Assembly (NCBI RefSeq): GCF_963921235.1
Contig: NC_086108.1
Coordinates: forward strand, 5,022,001 to 5,086,000
Direction: 5' to 3'
Length of the DNA stretch: 64,000 nt
From: Mobula hypostoma
Taxonomy: Eukaryota
The translations under genes were made by a program, and so were the position numbers. Below, piece by piece: positions 47,901 through 62,900 of this stretch (position 1 is its first letter; each line of letters opens with the position of its first letter). Under the pieces are notes generated by a model. It was not told where the DNA came from and searched no databases. It saw only the letters and a program-made list of their open reading frames with translations.

Positions 47901-50900
47901 AATCCCTGTACGAGTGTCAGTGGTTACAGTGAGGGAGGGAATCCCTGTACGAGTGTCAGTGGTTACAGTCAGTGGGGGGAATCCCTGTACGAGTGTCAGT
48001 GGTTACAGTGAGGGAGGGAATCCCTGTACGAGTGTCAGTGGTTACAGTCAGTGGGGGGAATCCCTCTACGAGTGTCAGTGGTTACAGTGAGGGGGTGAAT
48101 CCCTGTACGAGTGTTAGTGGTTACAGTGACGAGGGGAATCCCTGTACAAGTGTCAGTGGTTACAGTCAGTGGGGGGAATCCCTGTACGAGTGTCAGTGGT
48201 TGCAGTGAGGGGGGGAATCCCTGTACGAGTGTCAGTGGTTACAGTGGAGGGGGGGGGAATCCCTGTACGAGTGTCAGTGGTTACAGTGAGGGAGTGAATC
48301 CCTCTACGATCTCAGTGGTTACAGTGAGGGAGGAAATCCCTCTACGAGTGTCAGTGGTTACAGTGAGGGGGGAATCCCTGTACGAGTATCAGTGGTTACA
48401 GTGATGGGGGGGGAATCCCTGTACGAGTGTCAGTGGTTACAGTGACGGGGGTGGGAATCCCTGTACGAGTGTCAGTGGTTACAGTGAGGGGGGGAATCCC
48501 TGTACGAGTGTCAGTGGTTACACTGAGGGGGAGAATCCCTGTACGAGTGTCAGCGGTTACAGTGTGGGGGAGAATCCCTGTACGAGTGTCAGTGGTTACA
48601 GTGGGGGGGGGGAATCCCTGTACGAGTGTCAGTGGTTACAGTAAGCGAGGGAATCCCACTACGAGTGTCAGTGGTTACAGTGAGGAGGGGAATCCCTGTA
48701 CGAGTGTCAGTGGTTACAGTGAGGGGGGCAATCGCTGTACGAGTGTCAGTGGTTACAGTGAGGGGGTATTCCTGTACGATTATCAGTGGTTTCAGTGACA
48801 AGGGGGGGAATCCCTGTACGAGTGTCAGTGGTTACAGTGAGGGAGGGAATCCCTGTACGAGTGTCAGTGGTTACAGTCAGTGGGGGGAATCCCTGTACGA
48901 GTGTCAGTGGTTACAGTGAGGGAGGGAATCCCTGTACGAGTGTCAGTGGTTACAGTCAGTGGGGGGAATCCCTCTACAAGTGTCAGTGGTTACAGTGAGG
49001 GGGTGAATCCCTGTACGAGTGTTAGTGGTTACAGTGACGAGGGGAATCCCTGTACAAGTGTCAGTGGTTACAGTCAGTGGGGGGAATCCCTGTACGAGTG
49101 TCAGTGGTTACAGTGAGGGGGTGAATCCCTGTACGAGTGTCAGTGGTTACAGTGACGAGGAGAATCCCTGTACGAGTGTCAGTGTTACAGTCAGTGGGGG
49201 GAATCCCTGTACGAGTGTCAGTGGTTACAGTGAGGGGGGACACCCTGTATGAGTGTCAGTGGTTACAGTCAGTGGGGGAAATCCCTGTACGAGTGTCAGT
49301 GGTTACAGTGACGGGGGGTGAATCCCTGTACGAGTGTCAGTGGTTACAGTGAGGGGGGGGGAATCCCTGTACGAGTGTCAGTGGTTACAGTGAGGGGGGG
49401 AATCCCTGTACGAGTGTCAGTGGTTACAGTGAGGGGGAGAATCCCTGTACGAGAGTCAGTGGTTACAGTGAGTGGGAGAATCCCTGTACGAGTGTCAGTG
49501 GTTACAGTGAGGGAGGGAATCCCTGTACGAGTGTGAGTGGTTACAGTGGAGGGGGGGGGAATCCCTGTACGAGTGTCAGTGGTTACAGTGAGGGAGTGAA
49601 TCCCTCTACGATGTCAGTGGTTACAGCGAGGGCGGGAATCCCTGTACGAGTGTCAGTGGTTACAGTGAGGGGGGGAATCCCTGTACGACTGTCAGTGGTT
49701 ACAGTGACGGGGGAAATCCCTGTACGAGTGTCAGTGGTTACAGTCAGTGGGGGGAATCCCTGTAGGAGTGTCAGTGGTTACAGTGATGGGGGGCGGAATC
49801 CCTGTACGAGTGTCAGTGGTTACAGTGAGGGGGAGAATCCCTGTACGAGTGTCAGTGGTTACAGTGAGGGGGGAATCCCTGTACGAGTGTCAGTGGTTAC
49901 AGTCAGTGGGGGGAATCCCTGTACGAGTGTCAGTGGTTACAGTGAGGGAGGGAATCCCTCTACGAGTGTCAGTGGTTACAGTGAGGGGGGAATCCCTGTA
50001 CGAGTGTCAGTGGTTACAGTGTGGGAGGGAATCCCTCTACGAGTGTCAGTGGTTACAGTGAGGGGGGGAATCCCTGTACGAGTGTCAGTGGTTACATTGA
50101 GGGGGGGAATCCCTGTACGAGTGTCAGTGGTTACAGTGAGGGGGGGGGAATCCCTGTACGAGTGTCAGTGGTTACAGTGAGGGGGGAATCCCTGTACGAG
50201 TGTCAGTGATTACAGTGAGGGGGAGGGAATCCCTGTATGAGAGTCAGTGGTTACAGTGACGGGGGGAATCCCTGTATGAGTGTCAGTGGTTACAGTGAGG
50301 GGGAGAGTCCCTGTACGAGTGTCAGTGGTTACAGTGAGGGGGGAATCCCTGTACGACTGTCAGTGGTTACAGTGAGGGGGGGAATCCCTGTACGAGTGTC
50401 AGTGGTTACAGTGAGGGGGGAATCCCAGTACGAGTGTCAGTGGTTACAGTGAGGGGGGGAATCCCTGTACGAGTGTCAGTGGTTACAGTGAGGGAGGGAA
50501 TCCCTGTACGAGTGTCAGTGGTTACAGTGAGGGGGGGAATCCCTGTACGAGTGTCAGTGGTTACAGTGAGTGGGGGAATCCCTGTACGATTGTCAGTGGT
50601 TACAGTGACGGGGGGGGGTGGAATCCCTGTACGAGTGTCAGTGGTTACAGTGGGGGGGGGGTAATCCCTGTATGAGTGTCAGTGGTTACAGTGAGGGAGG
50701 GAATCCCTCTACGAGTGTCAGTGGTTACAGTGAGGGGGGGAATCCCTGTACGAGTGTCAGTGGTTACAGTGAGGGGGGATTCCTGTACGATTGTCAGTGG
50801 TTTCAGTGACGGGGGGGGGGAATCCCTGTACGAGTGTCAGTGGTTACAGTGAGGGTGGATCCCTGTATGAGTGTCAGTGGTTACAGTGTGGGGGGAATCC

Positions 50901-53900
50901 CTGTACGAGTGTCAGTGGTTACAGTGAGGGAGGGAATCCCTGTACGAGTGTCAGTGGTTACAGTCAGTGGGGGGAATCCCTCTACAAGTGTCAGTGGTTA
51001 CAGTGAGGGGGTGAATCCCTGTACGAGTGTTAGTGGTTACAGTGACGAGGGGAATCCCTGTACAAGTGTCAGTGGTTACAGTCAGTGGGGGGAATCCCTA
51101 TACGAGTGTCAGTGGTTACAGTGAGGGGGTGAATCCCTGTACGAGTGTCAGTGGTTACAGTGACGAGGGGAATCCCTGTATGAGTGTCAGTGGTTACAGT
51201 CAGTGGGGGAAATCCTTGTACGAGTGTCAGTGGTTACAGTGACGGGGGGGGAATCCCTGTACGAGTGTCAGTGGTTACAGTCAGTGGGGGAAATCCCTGT
51301 ACGAGTGTCAGTGGTTACAGTGACGGGGGGGGGAATCCCTGTACGAGTGTCAGTGGTTACAGTGGGGGGGGGAATCCCTGTACGAGTGTCAGTGGTTACA
51401 GTGAGGGGGGGAATCCCTGTACGAGTGTCAGTGGTTACAGTGAGGGGGAGAATCCCTGTACGAGTGTCAGTGGTTACAGTGAGTGTGAGAATCCCTGTAC
51501 GAGTGTCAGTGGTTACAGTGAGGGAGGGAATCCCTGTACGAGTGTGAGTGGTTACAGTGGAGGGGGGGGGAATCCCTGTACGAGTGTCAGTGGTTACAGT
51601 GAGGGAGTGAATCCCTGTACGAGTGTCAGTGGTTACAGTGAGGGCGGGAATCCCTGTACGAGTGTCAGTGGTTACAGTGACGGGGGGAATCCCTGTACGA
51701 GTGTCAGTGGTTACAGTCAGTGGGGGGAATCCCTGTACGAGTGTCAGTGGTTACAGTGACGGGGGGGGAATCCCTGTACGAGTGTCAGTGGTTACAGTGA
51801 CGGGGGGAATCCCTGTACGAGTGTCAGTGGTTACAGTGAGGGGGAGAATCCCTGTACGAGTGTCAGTGGTTACAGTGAGGGGGGACACCCTGTACGAGTG
51901 TCAGTGGTTACAGTCAGTGGGGGAAATCCCTGTACGAGTGTCAGTGGTTACAGTGAGGGAGGGAATCCCTGTACGAGTGTCAGTGGTTACAGTGAGGGGG
52001 GAATCCCTGTACGAGTGTCAGTGGTTACAGTGAGGGAGGGAATCCCTGTACGAGTGTCAGTGGTTACAGTGAGGGGGGGAATCCCTGTACGAGTGTCAGT
52101 GGTTACAGTGAGGGGGGGAATCCCTGTACGAGTGTCAGTGGTTACAGTGAGGGGGGGGGAATCCCTGTACGAGTGTCAGTGGTTACAGTGAGGGGGGAAT
52201 CCCTGTACGAGTGTCAGTGATTACAGTGAGGGGGAGGGAATCCCTGTATGAGAGTCAGTGGTTACAGTGACGGGGGGAATCCCTGTACGAGTGTCAGTGG
52301 TTACAGTGAGGGGGAGAGTCCCTGTACGAGTGTCAGTGGTTACAGTGAGGGGGGAATCCCTGTACGACTGTCAGTGGTTACAGTGAGGGGGAGAATCCCT
52401 ATACGAGTGTCAGTGGTTACAGTGAGGGGGGAATCCCTGTACGAGTGTCAGTGGTTACAGTGATGGGGTGGAATCCCTGTACGAGTGTCAGTGGTTACAG
52501 TGAGGGAGGGAATCCCTGTACGAGTGTCAGTGGTTACAGTGAGTGGGGGAATCCCTGTACGAGTGTCAGTGGTTACAGTGAGGGGGGGGAATCCCTGTAC
52601 GAGTGTCAGTGGTTACAGTGAGGGGGGGGAATCCCTGTACGAGTGTCAGTGGTTACAGTGAGGGAGGGAATCCCTGTACGAGTGTCAGTGGTTACAGTGA
52701 GGGGGGGGAATCCCTGTACGAGTGTCAGTGGTTACAGTGAGGGAGTGAATCCCTCTACGAGTGTCAGTGGTTACAGTGAGGGCGGGAATCCCTGTACGAG
52801 TGTCAGTGGTTACAGTGAGGGGGGGAATCCCTGTACGAGTGTCAGTGGTTACAGTGAGGGGGGACACCCTGTATGAGTGTCAGTGGTTACAGTCAGTGGG
52901 GGAAATCCCTGTACGAGTGTCAGTGGTTACAGTGACGGGGGGCGGAATCCCTGTACGAGTGTCAGTGGTTACAGTGACTGGGGGAATCCCTGTACGAGTG
53001 TCAGTGGTTACAGTGAGGGGGGACACCCTGTATGAGTGTCAGTGGTTACAGTCAGTGGGGGAAATCCCTGTACGAGTGTCAGTGGTTACAGTGAGGGAGG
53101 GAATCCCTCTACGAGTGTCAGTGGTTACAGTGAGGGGGGAATCCCTGTACGAGTGTCAGTGGTTACAGTGTGGGAGGGAATCCCTCTACGAGTGTCAGTG
53201 GTTACAGTGAGGGGGGGAATCTCTGTACGAGTGTCAGTGGTTACATTGAGGGGGGGAATCCCTGTACGAGTGTCAGTGGTTACAGTGAGGGGGGGGGAAT
53301 CCCTGTACGAGTGTCAGTGGTTACAGTGAGGGGGGAATCCCTGTACGAGTGTCAGTGGTTACAGTGAGGGGGAGGGAATCCCTGTATGAGAGTCAGTGGT
53401 TACAGTGACGGGGGGAATCCCTGTACGAGTGTCAGTGGTTACAGTGAGGGGGAGAGTCCCTGTACGAGTGTCAGTGGTTACAGTGAGGGGGGAATCCCTG
53501 TACGACTGTCAGTGGTTACAGTGAGGGGGAGAATCCCTATACGAGTGTCAGTGGTTACAGTGAGGGGGGGAATCCCTGTACGAGTGTCAGTGGTTACAGT
53601 GAGGGAGGGAATCCCTCTACGAGTGTCAGTGGTTACAGTGAGGGGGGGAATCCCTGTACGAGTGTCAGTGGTTACAGTGAGTGGGGGAATCCCTGTACGA
53701 GTGTCAGTGGTTACAGTGAGGGGGAGGGGGAATCCCTGTACGAATGTCAGTGGTTACAGAGGGGGGGGGATCCCTGTACGACTGTCAGTGGTTACAGTGA
53801 GGGAGGGAATCCCTCTACGAGTGTCAGTGGTTACAGTGAGGGGGGGAATCCCTGTACGAGTGTCAGTGGTTACAGTGAGGGAGGGAATCCCTGTACGAGT

Positions 53901-56900
53901 GTAAGTGGTTACAGTCAGTGGGGGGAATCCCTGTACGAGTGTCAGTGGTTACAGTGAGGGAGGGAATCCCTGTACGAATGTCAGTGGTTACAGAGGGGGG
54001 GGGGATCCCTGTACGAGTGTCAGTGGTTACAGTGAGGGAATCCCTCTACGAGTGTCAGTAGTTACAGTCAGTGGGGGGAATCCCTGTACGAGTGTCAGTG
54101 GTTACAGTGGGGGGGGGGATCCCTGTACGAGTGTCAGTGGTTACAGTGAGGGAGGGAATCCCTCTACGAGTGTCAGTGGTTACAGTGAGGGGGGGAATCC
54201 CTGTACGAGTGTCAGTGGTTAGAGTGAGGGGGGGAATCCCTGTACGAGTGTCAGTGGTTACAGTGACGGGGGGAATCCCTGTACTAGTGTCAGTGGTTAC
54301 AGTCAGTGGGGGGAATCCCTGTACGAGTGTCAGTGGTTACAGTGGGAGGGGTGAATCCCTGTACGAGTGTCAGTGGTTACAGTGAGGGAGGGAATCCCTC
54401 TACGAGTGTCAGTGGTTACAGTGAGGGGGGGAATCCCTGTACGAGTGTCAGTGGTTATAGTGAGGGGGGGAATCCCTGTACGAGTGTCAGTGGTTACAGT
54501 GAGAGGGGATTCCTGTACGATTGTCAGTGGTTACAGTGAGGGGAGGGAATCCCTGTACGAGTGTCAGTGGTTACAGTGAGGGAGGTAATCCCTGTACGAG
54601 TGTCAGTGGTTACAGTCAGTGGGGGGAATCCCTGTACGAGTCTCAGTGGTTACAGTGAGGGAGGGAATCCCTGTACGAATGTCAGTGGTTACAGGGGGCG
54701 GGGGGGATCCCTGTACGAGTGTCAGTGGTTACAGTGAGGGAGGGAATCCCTCTACGAGTGTCAGTGGTTACAGTGAGGGGGGATTCCTGTACGAGTGTCA
54801 GTGGTTACAGTGAGGGAGGGAATCCCTGTACGAGTGTCAGTGGTTACAGTGAGGGGGGACACCCTGTATGAGTGTCAGTGGTTACAGTCAGTGGGGGAAA
54901 TCCCTGTACGAGTGTCAGTGGTTACAGTGAGGGAGGGAATCCCTGTACGAGTGTCAGTGTTTACAGTAAGGGGGGGGATCCCTGTATGAGTGTCAGTGGT
55001 TACAGTAAGGGAGGGAATCCCTGTACGAGTGTCAGTGGTTACAGTGACGGGGGGAATCCCTGTACGAGTGTCAGTGGTTACAGTGAGGGAGGGAATCCCT
55101 GTACGAGTGTCGGTGGTTACAGTGAGGGGGGACACCCTGTATGAGTGTCAGTGGTTACAGTCAGTGGGGGAAATCCCTGTACGAGTGTCAGTGGTTACAG
55201 TGACGGGGGGGTAATCCCTGTATGAGTGTCAGTGGTTACAGTGAGGGGGGGAATCCCTGTACGAGTGTCAGTGGTTACAGTGAGGGGGGGAATCCCTGTA
55301 CGAGTGTCAGTGGTTACAGTGAGGGGGGTAATCCCTGTACGAGTGTCAGTGGTTACAGTGAGGGGGAGAATCCCTGTACGAGTGTCAGTGGTTACAGTGA
55401 GGGGGAGAATCCCTGTACGAGTGTCAGTGGTTACAGTCAGTGGGGGTAATCCCTGTACGAGTGTCAGTGGTTACAGTGAGGGAGGGAATCCCTCTATGAG
55501 TGTCAGTGGTTACAGTGAGGGCGGGATTCCCTGTACGAGTGTCAGTGGTTACAGTGAGGGAGGGAATCCCTGTACGAGTGTCAGTGGTTACAGTGAGGGG
55601 GGGAATCCCTGTACGAGTGTCAGTGGTTACAGTGAGGGGGGGAATCCCTGTACGAGTGTCAGTGGTTACAGTGACGGGGGGGGGGAATCCCTGTACGAGT
55701 GTCAGTGGTTACAGTGGGGGGGGGGGTAATCCCTGTACTAGTGTCAGTGGTTACAGTGAGGGAGGGAATCCCTGTACGAGTGTCAGTGGTTACAGTGAGG
55801 GGGGGAATCCCTGTACGAGTGTCAGTGGTTACAGTGAGGGGGGGGAATCCCTGTACGAGTGTCAGTGGTTACAGTGACGGGGGGGAAATCCCTGTACGAG
55901 TGTCAGTGGTTACAGTGAGGGAGGGAATCCCTGTACGAATGTCAGTGGTTACAGGGGGGGGGGATCCCTGTACCAGTGTCAGTGGTTACAGTGAGGGAGG
56001 GAATCCCTCTACGAGTGTCAGTGGTTACAGTGAGGGGGGGAATCCCTGTACGAGTGTCAGTGGTTACAGTGAGGGGGGGAATCCCTGTACGAGTGTCAGT
56101 GGTTACAGTGAGGGGGGGAATCCCTGTACGAGTGTCAGTGGTTACAGTGACGGGGGGAATCCCTGTACGAGTGTCAGTGGTTACAGTCAGTGAGGGGAAT
56201 CCCTGTACGAGTGTCAGTGGTTACAGTGAGGGGGGATTCCTGTACGAGTGTCAGTGGTTACAGTGAGGGAGGGAATCCCTGTACGAGTGTCAGTGGTTAC
56301 AGTGAGGGGGGACACCCTGTATGAGCGTCAGTGGTTACAGTCTGTGGGGGAAATCCCTGTACGAGTGTCAGTGGTTACAGTGACGGGGGGGAATACCTGT
56401 ACGAGTGTCAGTGGTTACAGTGACGAGGGGAATCCCTGTACAAGTGTCAGTGGTTACAGTGAGGGGGGATCCCCGTACGAGTGTCAGTGGTTACAGTGAG
56501 GGGGGGAATCCCTGTACGAGTATCAGTGGTTACAGTGACGAGGGGAATCCCTGTACAAGTGTCAGTGGTTACAGTCAGTGGGGGGAATCCCTGTACGAGT
56601 GTCAGTGGTTACAGTGAGGGGGTGAATCCCTGTACGAGTGTCAGTGGTTACAGTGACGAGGGGAATCCCTGTACGAGTGTCAGTGGTTACAGTCAGTGGG
56701 GGGAATCCCTGTACGAGTGTCAGTGGTTACAGTGAGGGGGGACACCCTGTATGAGCGTCAGTGGTTACAGTCTGTGGGGGAAATCCCTGTACGAGTGTCA
56801 GTGGTTACAGTGACGGGGGGGAATCCCTGTACGAGTGTCAGTGGTTACAGTGAGGGGGGTAATCCCTGTACGAGTGTCAGTGGTTACAGTGAGGGGGGGA

Positions 56901-59900
56901 ATCCCTGTACGAGTGTCAGTGGTTACAGTGAGGGGGAGAATCCCTGTACGAGTGTCAGTGGTTACAGTGAGTGGGAGAATCCCTGTACGAGTGTCAGTGG
57001 TTACAGTGAGGGAGGGAATCCCTGTACGAGTGTCAGTGGTTACAGTGAGGGGGGGGGGGAATCCCTGTACGAGTGTCAGTGGTTACAGTGAGGGAGTGAA
57101 TCCCTGTACGAGTGTCAGTGGTTACAGTGAGGGCGGGAATCCCTGTACGAGTGTCAGTGGTTACAGTGAGGGGGGGAATCCCTGTACGAGTGTCAGTGGT
57201 TACAGTGACGGGGGGAATCCCTGTACGAGTGTCAGTGGTTACAGTCAGTGGGGGAAATCCCTGTACGAGTGTCAGTGGTTACAGTGACGGGGGGGGGAAT
57301 CCCTGTACGAGTGTCAGTGGTTACAGTGACGGGGGGAATCCCTGTACGACTGTCAGTGGTTACAGTGAGGGGGAGAATCCCTGTACGAGTGTCAGTGGTT
57401 ACAGTGAGGGGGGACACCCTGTATGAGTGTCAGTGGTTACAGTCAGTGGGGGAAATCCCTGTACGAGTGTCAGTGGTTACAGTGAGGGAGGGAATCCCTG
57501 TACGAGTGTCAGTGGTTACAGTGAGGGGGGAATCCCTGTACGAGTGTCAGTGGTTACAGTGAGGGAGGGAATCCCTCTACGAGTGTCAGTGGTTACAGTG
57601 AGGGGGGGAATCCCTGTACGAGTGTCAGTGGTTACAGTGAGGGGGGGAATCCCTGTACGAGTGTCAGTGGTTACAGTGAGGGGGGGGGAATCCCTGTACG
57701 ACTGTCAATGGTTACAGTGAGGGGAGAATCCCTGTACGAGTGTCAGTGATTACAGTGAGGGGGAGGGAATCCCTGTATGAGAGTCAGTGGTTACAGTGAC
57801 GGGGGGAATCCCTGTACGAGTGTCAGTGGTTACAGTGAGGGGGAGAATCCCTGTACGAGTGTCAGTGGTTACAGTGAGGGGGGACACCCTGTATGAGTGT
57901 CAGTGGTTACAGTGAGGGGGAGAATCCCTATACGAGTGTCAGTGGTTACAGTGAGGGGGGAATCCCTCTAAGAGTGTCAGTGGTTACAGTGAGGGGGGGA
58001 ATCCCTGTACGAGTGTCAGTGGTTACAGTGAGGGAGGGAATCCCTGTACGAGTGTCAGTGGTTACAGTGAGGGGGGGACACCCTGTATGAGTGTCAGTGG
58101 TTACAGTGAGTGGGGGAATCCCTGTACGAGTGTCAGTGGTTACAGTGACGGGGGGGAGGGGAATCCCTGTACGAATGTCAGTGGTTACAGTGCGGGGGGG
58201 GGATCCCTGTACGAGTGTCAGTGGTTACAGTGAGGGAGGGAATCCCTGTACGAGTGTCAGTGGTTACAGTGAGGGGGGCAATCCCTGTACGAGTGTCAGT
58301 GGTTACAGTGAGGGGGGATTCCTGTACGATTGTCAGTGGTTTCAGTGATGGGGGGGGGAATCCCTGTACGAGTGTCAGTGGTTACAGTGAGGGAGGGAAT
58401 CCCTGTACGAGTGTCAGTGGTTACAGTCAGTGGGGGGAATCCCTGTACGAGTGTCAGTGGTTACAGTGAGGGAGGGAATCCCTGTACGAGTGTCAGTGGT
58501 TACAGTGTGTGGGGTGAATCCCTCTACAAGTGTCAGTGGTTACAGTGAGGGGGTGAATCCCTGTACGAGTGTTAGTGGTTACAGTGACGAGGGGAATCCC
58601 TGTACAAGTGTCAGTGGTTACAGTCAGTGGGGGGAATCCCTGTACGAGTGTCAGTGGTTACAGTGAGGGGGTGAATCCCTGTACGAGTGTCAGTGGTTAC
58701 AGTGACGAGGGGAATCCCTGTACGAGTGTCAGTGTTACAGTCAGTGGGGGGAATCCATGTACGAGTGCCAGTGGTTACAGTGACGGGGGCGGAATCCCTG
58801 TACGAGTGTCAGTGGTTACAGTCAGTGGGGGGAATCCCTGTACGAGTGTCAGTGGTTACAGTGAGGGGGGAATCCCTGTACGAGTGTCAGTGGTTACAGT
58901 GAGGGGGCGGAATCCCTGTACGAGTGTCAGTGGTTACAGTGGGGGGGGGAATCCCTGTACGAGTGTCAGTGGTTACAGTGAGGGGGAGAATCCCTGTACG
59001 AGTGTCAGTGGTTACAGTGAGTGGGAGAATCCCTGTACGAGTGTCAGTGGTTACAGTGAGGGAGGGAATCCCTGTACGAGTGTCAGTGGTTACAGTGAGG
59101 GGGGGAATCCCTGTACGAGTGTCAGTGGTTACAGTGAGGGAGTGAATCCCTGTACGAGTGTCAGTGGTTACAGTGAGGGCGGGAATCCCTGTACGAGTGT
59201 CAGTGGTTACAGTGAGGGGGGGAATCCCTGTACGAGTGTCAGTGGTTACAGTGACGGGGGGAATCCCTGTACGAGTGTCAGTGGTTACAGTCAGTGGGGG
59301 GAATCCCTGTACGAGTGTCAGTGGTTACAGTGACGGGGGGAATCCCTGTACGACTGTCAGTGGTTACAGTGAGGGGGAGAATCCCTGTACGAGTGTCAGT
59401 GGTTACAGTGAGGGGGGAATCCCTGTACGAGTGTCAGTGGTTACAGTCAGTGGGGGGAATCCCTGTACGAGTGTCAGTGGTTACAGTGAGGGAGGGAATC
59501 CCTCTACGAGTGTCAGTGGTTACAGTGAGGGGGGAATCCCTGTACGAGTGTCAGTGGTTACAGTGTGGGAGGGAATCCCTCTACGAGTGTCAGTGGTTAC
59601 AGTGAGGGGGGGAATCCCTGTACGAGTGTCAGTGGTTACATTGAGGGGGGGAATCCCTGTACGAGTGTCAGTGGTTACAGTGAGGGGGGGAATCCCTGTA
59701 CGACTGTCAATGGTTACAGTGAGGGGGGAATCCCTGTACGAGTGTCAGTGATTACAGTGAGGGGGAGGGAATCCCTGTATGAGAGTCAGTGGTTACAGTG
59801 ACGGGGGGAATCCCTGTATGAGTGTCAGTGGTTACAGAGAGGGGGAGAGTCCCTGTACGAGTGTCAGTGGTTACAGTGAGGGGGGAATCCCTGTACGAGT

Positions 59901-62900
59901 GTCAGTGGTTACAGTGAGGGGGGAATCCCTGTACGAGTGTCAGTGGTTACAGTGAGGGGGGAATCCCTGTACGAGTGTCAGTGGTTACAGTGAGGGGGGG
60001 AATCCCTGTACGAGTGTCAGTGGTTACAGTGAGGGAGGGAATCCCTGTACGAGTGTCAGTGGTTACAGTGAGGGGGGGAATCCCTGTACGAGTGTCAGTG
60101 GTTACAGTGAGTGGGGGAATCCCTGTACGAGTGTCAGTGGTTACAGTGAGGGGGGGAATCCCTGTACGAGTGTCAGTGGTTACAGTGAGGGGGGGAATCC
60201 CTGTACGAGTGTCAGTGGTTACAGTGAGGGAGGGAATCCCTGTACGAGTGTCAGTGGTTACAGTGGAGGGGGGGGGAATCCCTGTACGAGTGTCAGTGGT
60301 TACAGTGAGGGAGTGAATCCCTGTACGAGTGTCAGTGGTTACAGTGAGGGCGGGAATCCCTGTACGAGTGTCAGTGGTTACAGTGAGGGGGGAATCCCTG
60401 TACGAGTGTCAGTGGTTACAGTGAGGGGGGACACCCTGTATGAGTGTCAGTGGTTACAGTCAGTGGGGGAAATCCCTGTACGAGTGTCAGTGGTTACAGT
60501 GACGGGGGGCGGAATCCCTGTACGAGTGTCAGTGGTTACAGTGACTGGGGGAATCCCTGTACGACTGTCAGTGGTTACAGTGAGGGGGAGAATCCCTGTA
60601 CGAGTGTCAGTAGTTACAGTGAGGGGGAAATCCCTGTACGAGTGTCAGTGGTTACAGTCAGTGGGGGGAATCCCTGTACGAGTGTCAGTGGTTACAGTGA
60701 GGGAGGGAATCCCTCTACGAGTGTCAGTGGTTACAGTGAGGGGGGAATCCCTGTACGAGTGTCAGTGGTTACAGTGTGGGAGGGAATCCCTGTACGAGTG
60801 TCAGTGGTTACAGTGAGGGGGGGAATCCCTGTACGAGTGTCAGTGGTTACAGTGAGGGGGGGAATCCCTGTACGAGTGTCAGTGGTTACAGTGAGGGGGG
60901 GGAATCCCTGTACGAGTGTCAGTGGTTACAGTGAGGGGGGAATCCCTGTACGAGTGTCAGTGATTACAGTGAGGGGGAGGGAATCCCTGTATGAGAGTCA
61001 GTGGTTACAGTGACGGGGGGAATCCCTGTACGAGTGTCAGTGGTTACAGTGAGGGGGAGAATCCCTGTACGAGTGTCAGTGGTTACAGTGAGGGGGGAAT
61101 CCCTGTACGACTGTCAGTGGTTACAGTGAGGGGGAGAATCCCTGTACGAGTGTCAGTGGTTACAGTGAGGGGGGGAATCCCTGTACGAGTGTCAGTGGTT
61201 ACAGTGAGGGAGGGAATCCCTGTACGAGTGTCAGTGGTTACACTGGGGGGGGGAATCCCTGTACGAGTGTCAGTGGTTACAGTCAGTGGGGGAAATCCCT
61301 GTACGAGTGTCAGTGGTTACAGTGACGGGGGGGGGAATCCCTGTACGAGTGTCAGTGGTTACAGTGGGGGGGGGAATCCCTGTACGAGTGTCAGTGGTTA
61401 CAGTGAGGGAGGGAATCCCTCTACGAGTGTCAGTGGTTACAGTGAGGAGGGGAATCCCTGTACGAGTGTCAGTGGTTACAGTGAGGGAGGGAATCCCTGT
61501 ACGAGTGTAAGTGGTTACAGTCAGTGGGGGGAATCCCTGTACGAGTGTCAGTGGTTACAGTGAGGGAGGGAATCCCTGTACGAATGTCAGTGGTTACAGA
61601 GGGGGGGGGATCCCTGTACGAGTGTCAGTGGTTACAGTGAGGGAGGGAATCCCTCTACGAGTGTCAGTAGTTACAGTCAGTGGGGGGAATCCCTGTACGA
61701 GTGTCAGTGGTTACAGTGGGGGGGGGGGGAATCCCTGTACGAGTGTCAGTGGTTACAGTGAGGGAGGGAATCCCTCTACGAGTGTCAGTGGTTACAGTGA
61801 GGGGGGGAATCCCTGTACGAGTGTCAGTGGTTACAGTGAGGGGGGGAATCCCTGTACGAGTGTCAGTGGTTACAGTGACGGGGGGAATCCCTGTACGAGT
61901 GTCAGTGGTTACAGTCAGTGGGGGGAATCCCAGTACGAGTGTCAGTGGTTACAGTGGGAGGGGTGAATCCCTGTACGAGTGTCAGTGGTTACAGTGAGGG
62001 AGGGAATCCCTCTACGAGTGTCAGTGGTTACAGTGAGGGGGGGAATCCCTGTACGAGTGTCAGTGGTTATAGTGAGGGGGGGAATCCCTGTACGAGTGTC
62101 AGTGGTTACAGTGAGAGGGGATTCCTGTACGATTGTCAGTGGTTACAGTGACGGGGGGGGGGGGGAGGGAATCCCTGTACGAGTGTCAGTGGTTACAGTG
62201 AGGGAGGTAATCCCTGTACGAGTGTCAGTGGTTACAGTCAGTGGGGGGAATCCCTGTACGAGTGTCAGTGGTTACAGTGAGGGAGGGAATCCCTGTACGA
62301 GTGTCAGTGGTTACAGTGAGGGGGGAATCCCTGTACGAGTGTCAGTGGTTACAGTGAGGGAGGGAATCCCTGTACGAGTGTCAGTGGTTACAGTGAGGGG
62401 GGAATCCCTGTACGAGTGTCAGTGGTTACAGTGACGGGGGGGGGGAATCCCTGTACGAGTGTCAGTGGTTACAGTGAGGGAGGGAATCCCTGTACGAGTG
62501 TCAGTGGTTACAGTCAGTGGGGGAAATCCCTGTACGAGTGTCAGTGGTTACAGTGACGGGGGGGGAATCCCTGTACGAGTGTCAGTGGTTACAGTGGGGG
62601 GGGGGAATCCCTGTACGAGTGTCAGTGGTTACAGTGAGGGAGGGAATCCCTGTACGAGTGTCAGTGGTTACAGTGAGGGGGGAATCCCTGTACGAGTGTC
62701 AGTGATTACAGTGAGGGGGAGGGAATCCCTGTATGAGAGTCAGTGGTTACAGTGACGGGGGGAATCCCTGTATGAGTGTCAGTGGTTACAGTGAGGGGGA
62801 GAGTCCCTGTACGAGTGTCAGTGGTTACAGTGAGGGGGGAATCCCTGTACGACTGTCAGTGGTTACAGTGAGGGGGAGAATCCCTATACGAGTGTCAGTG

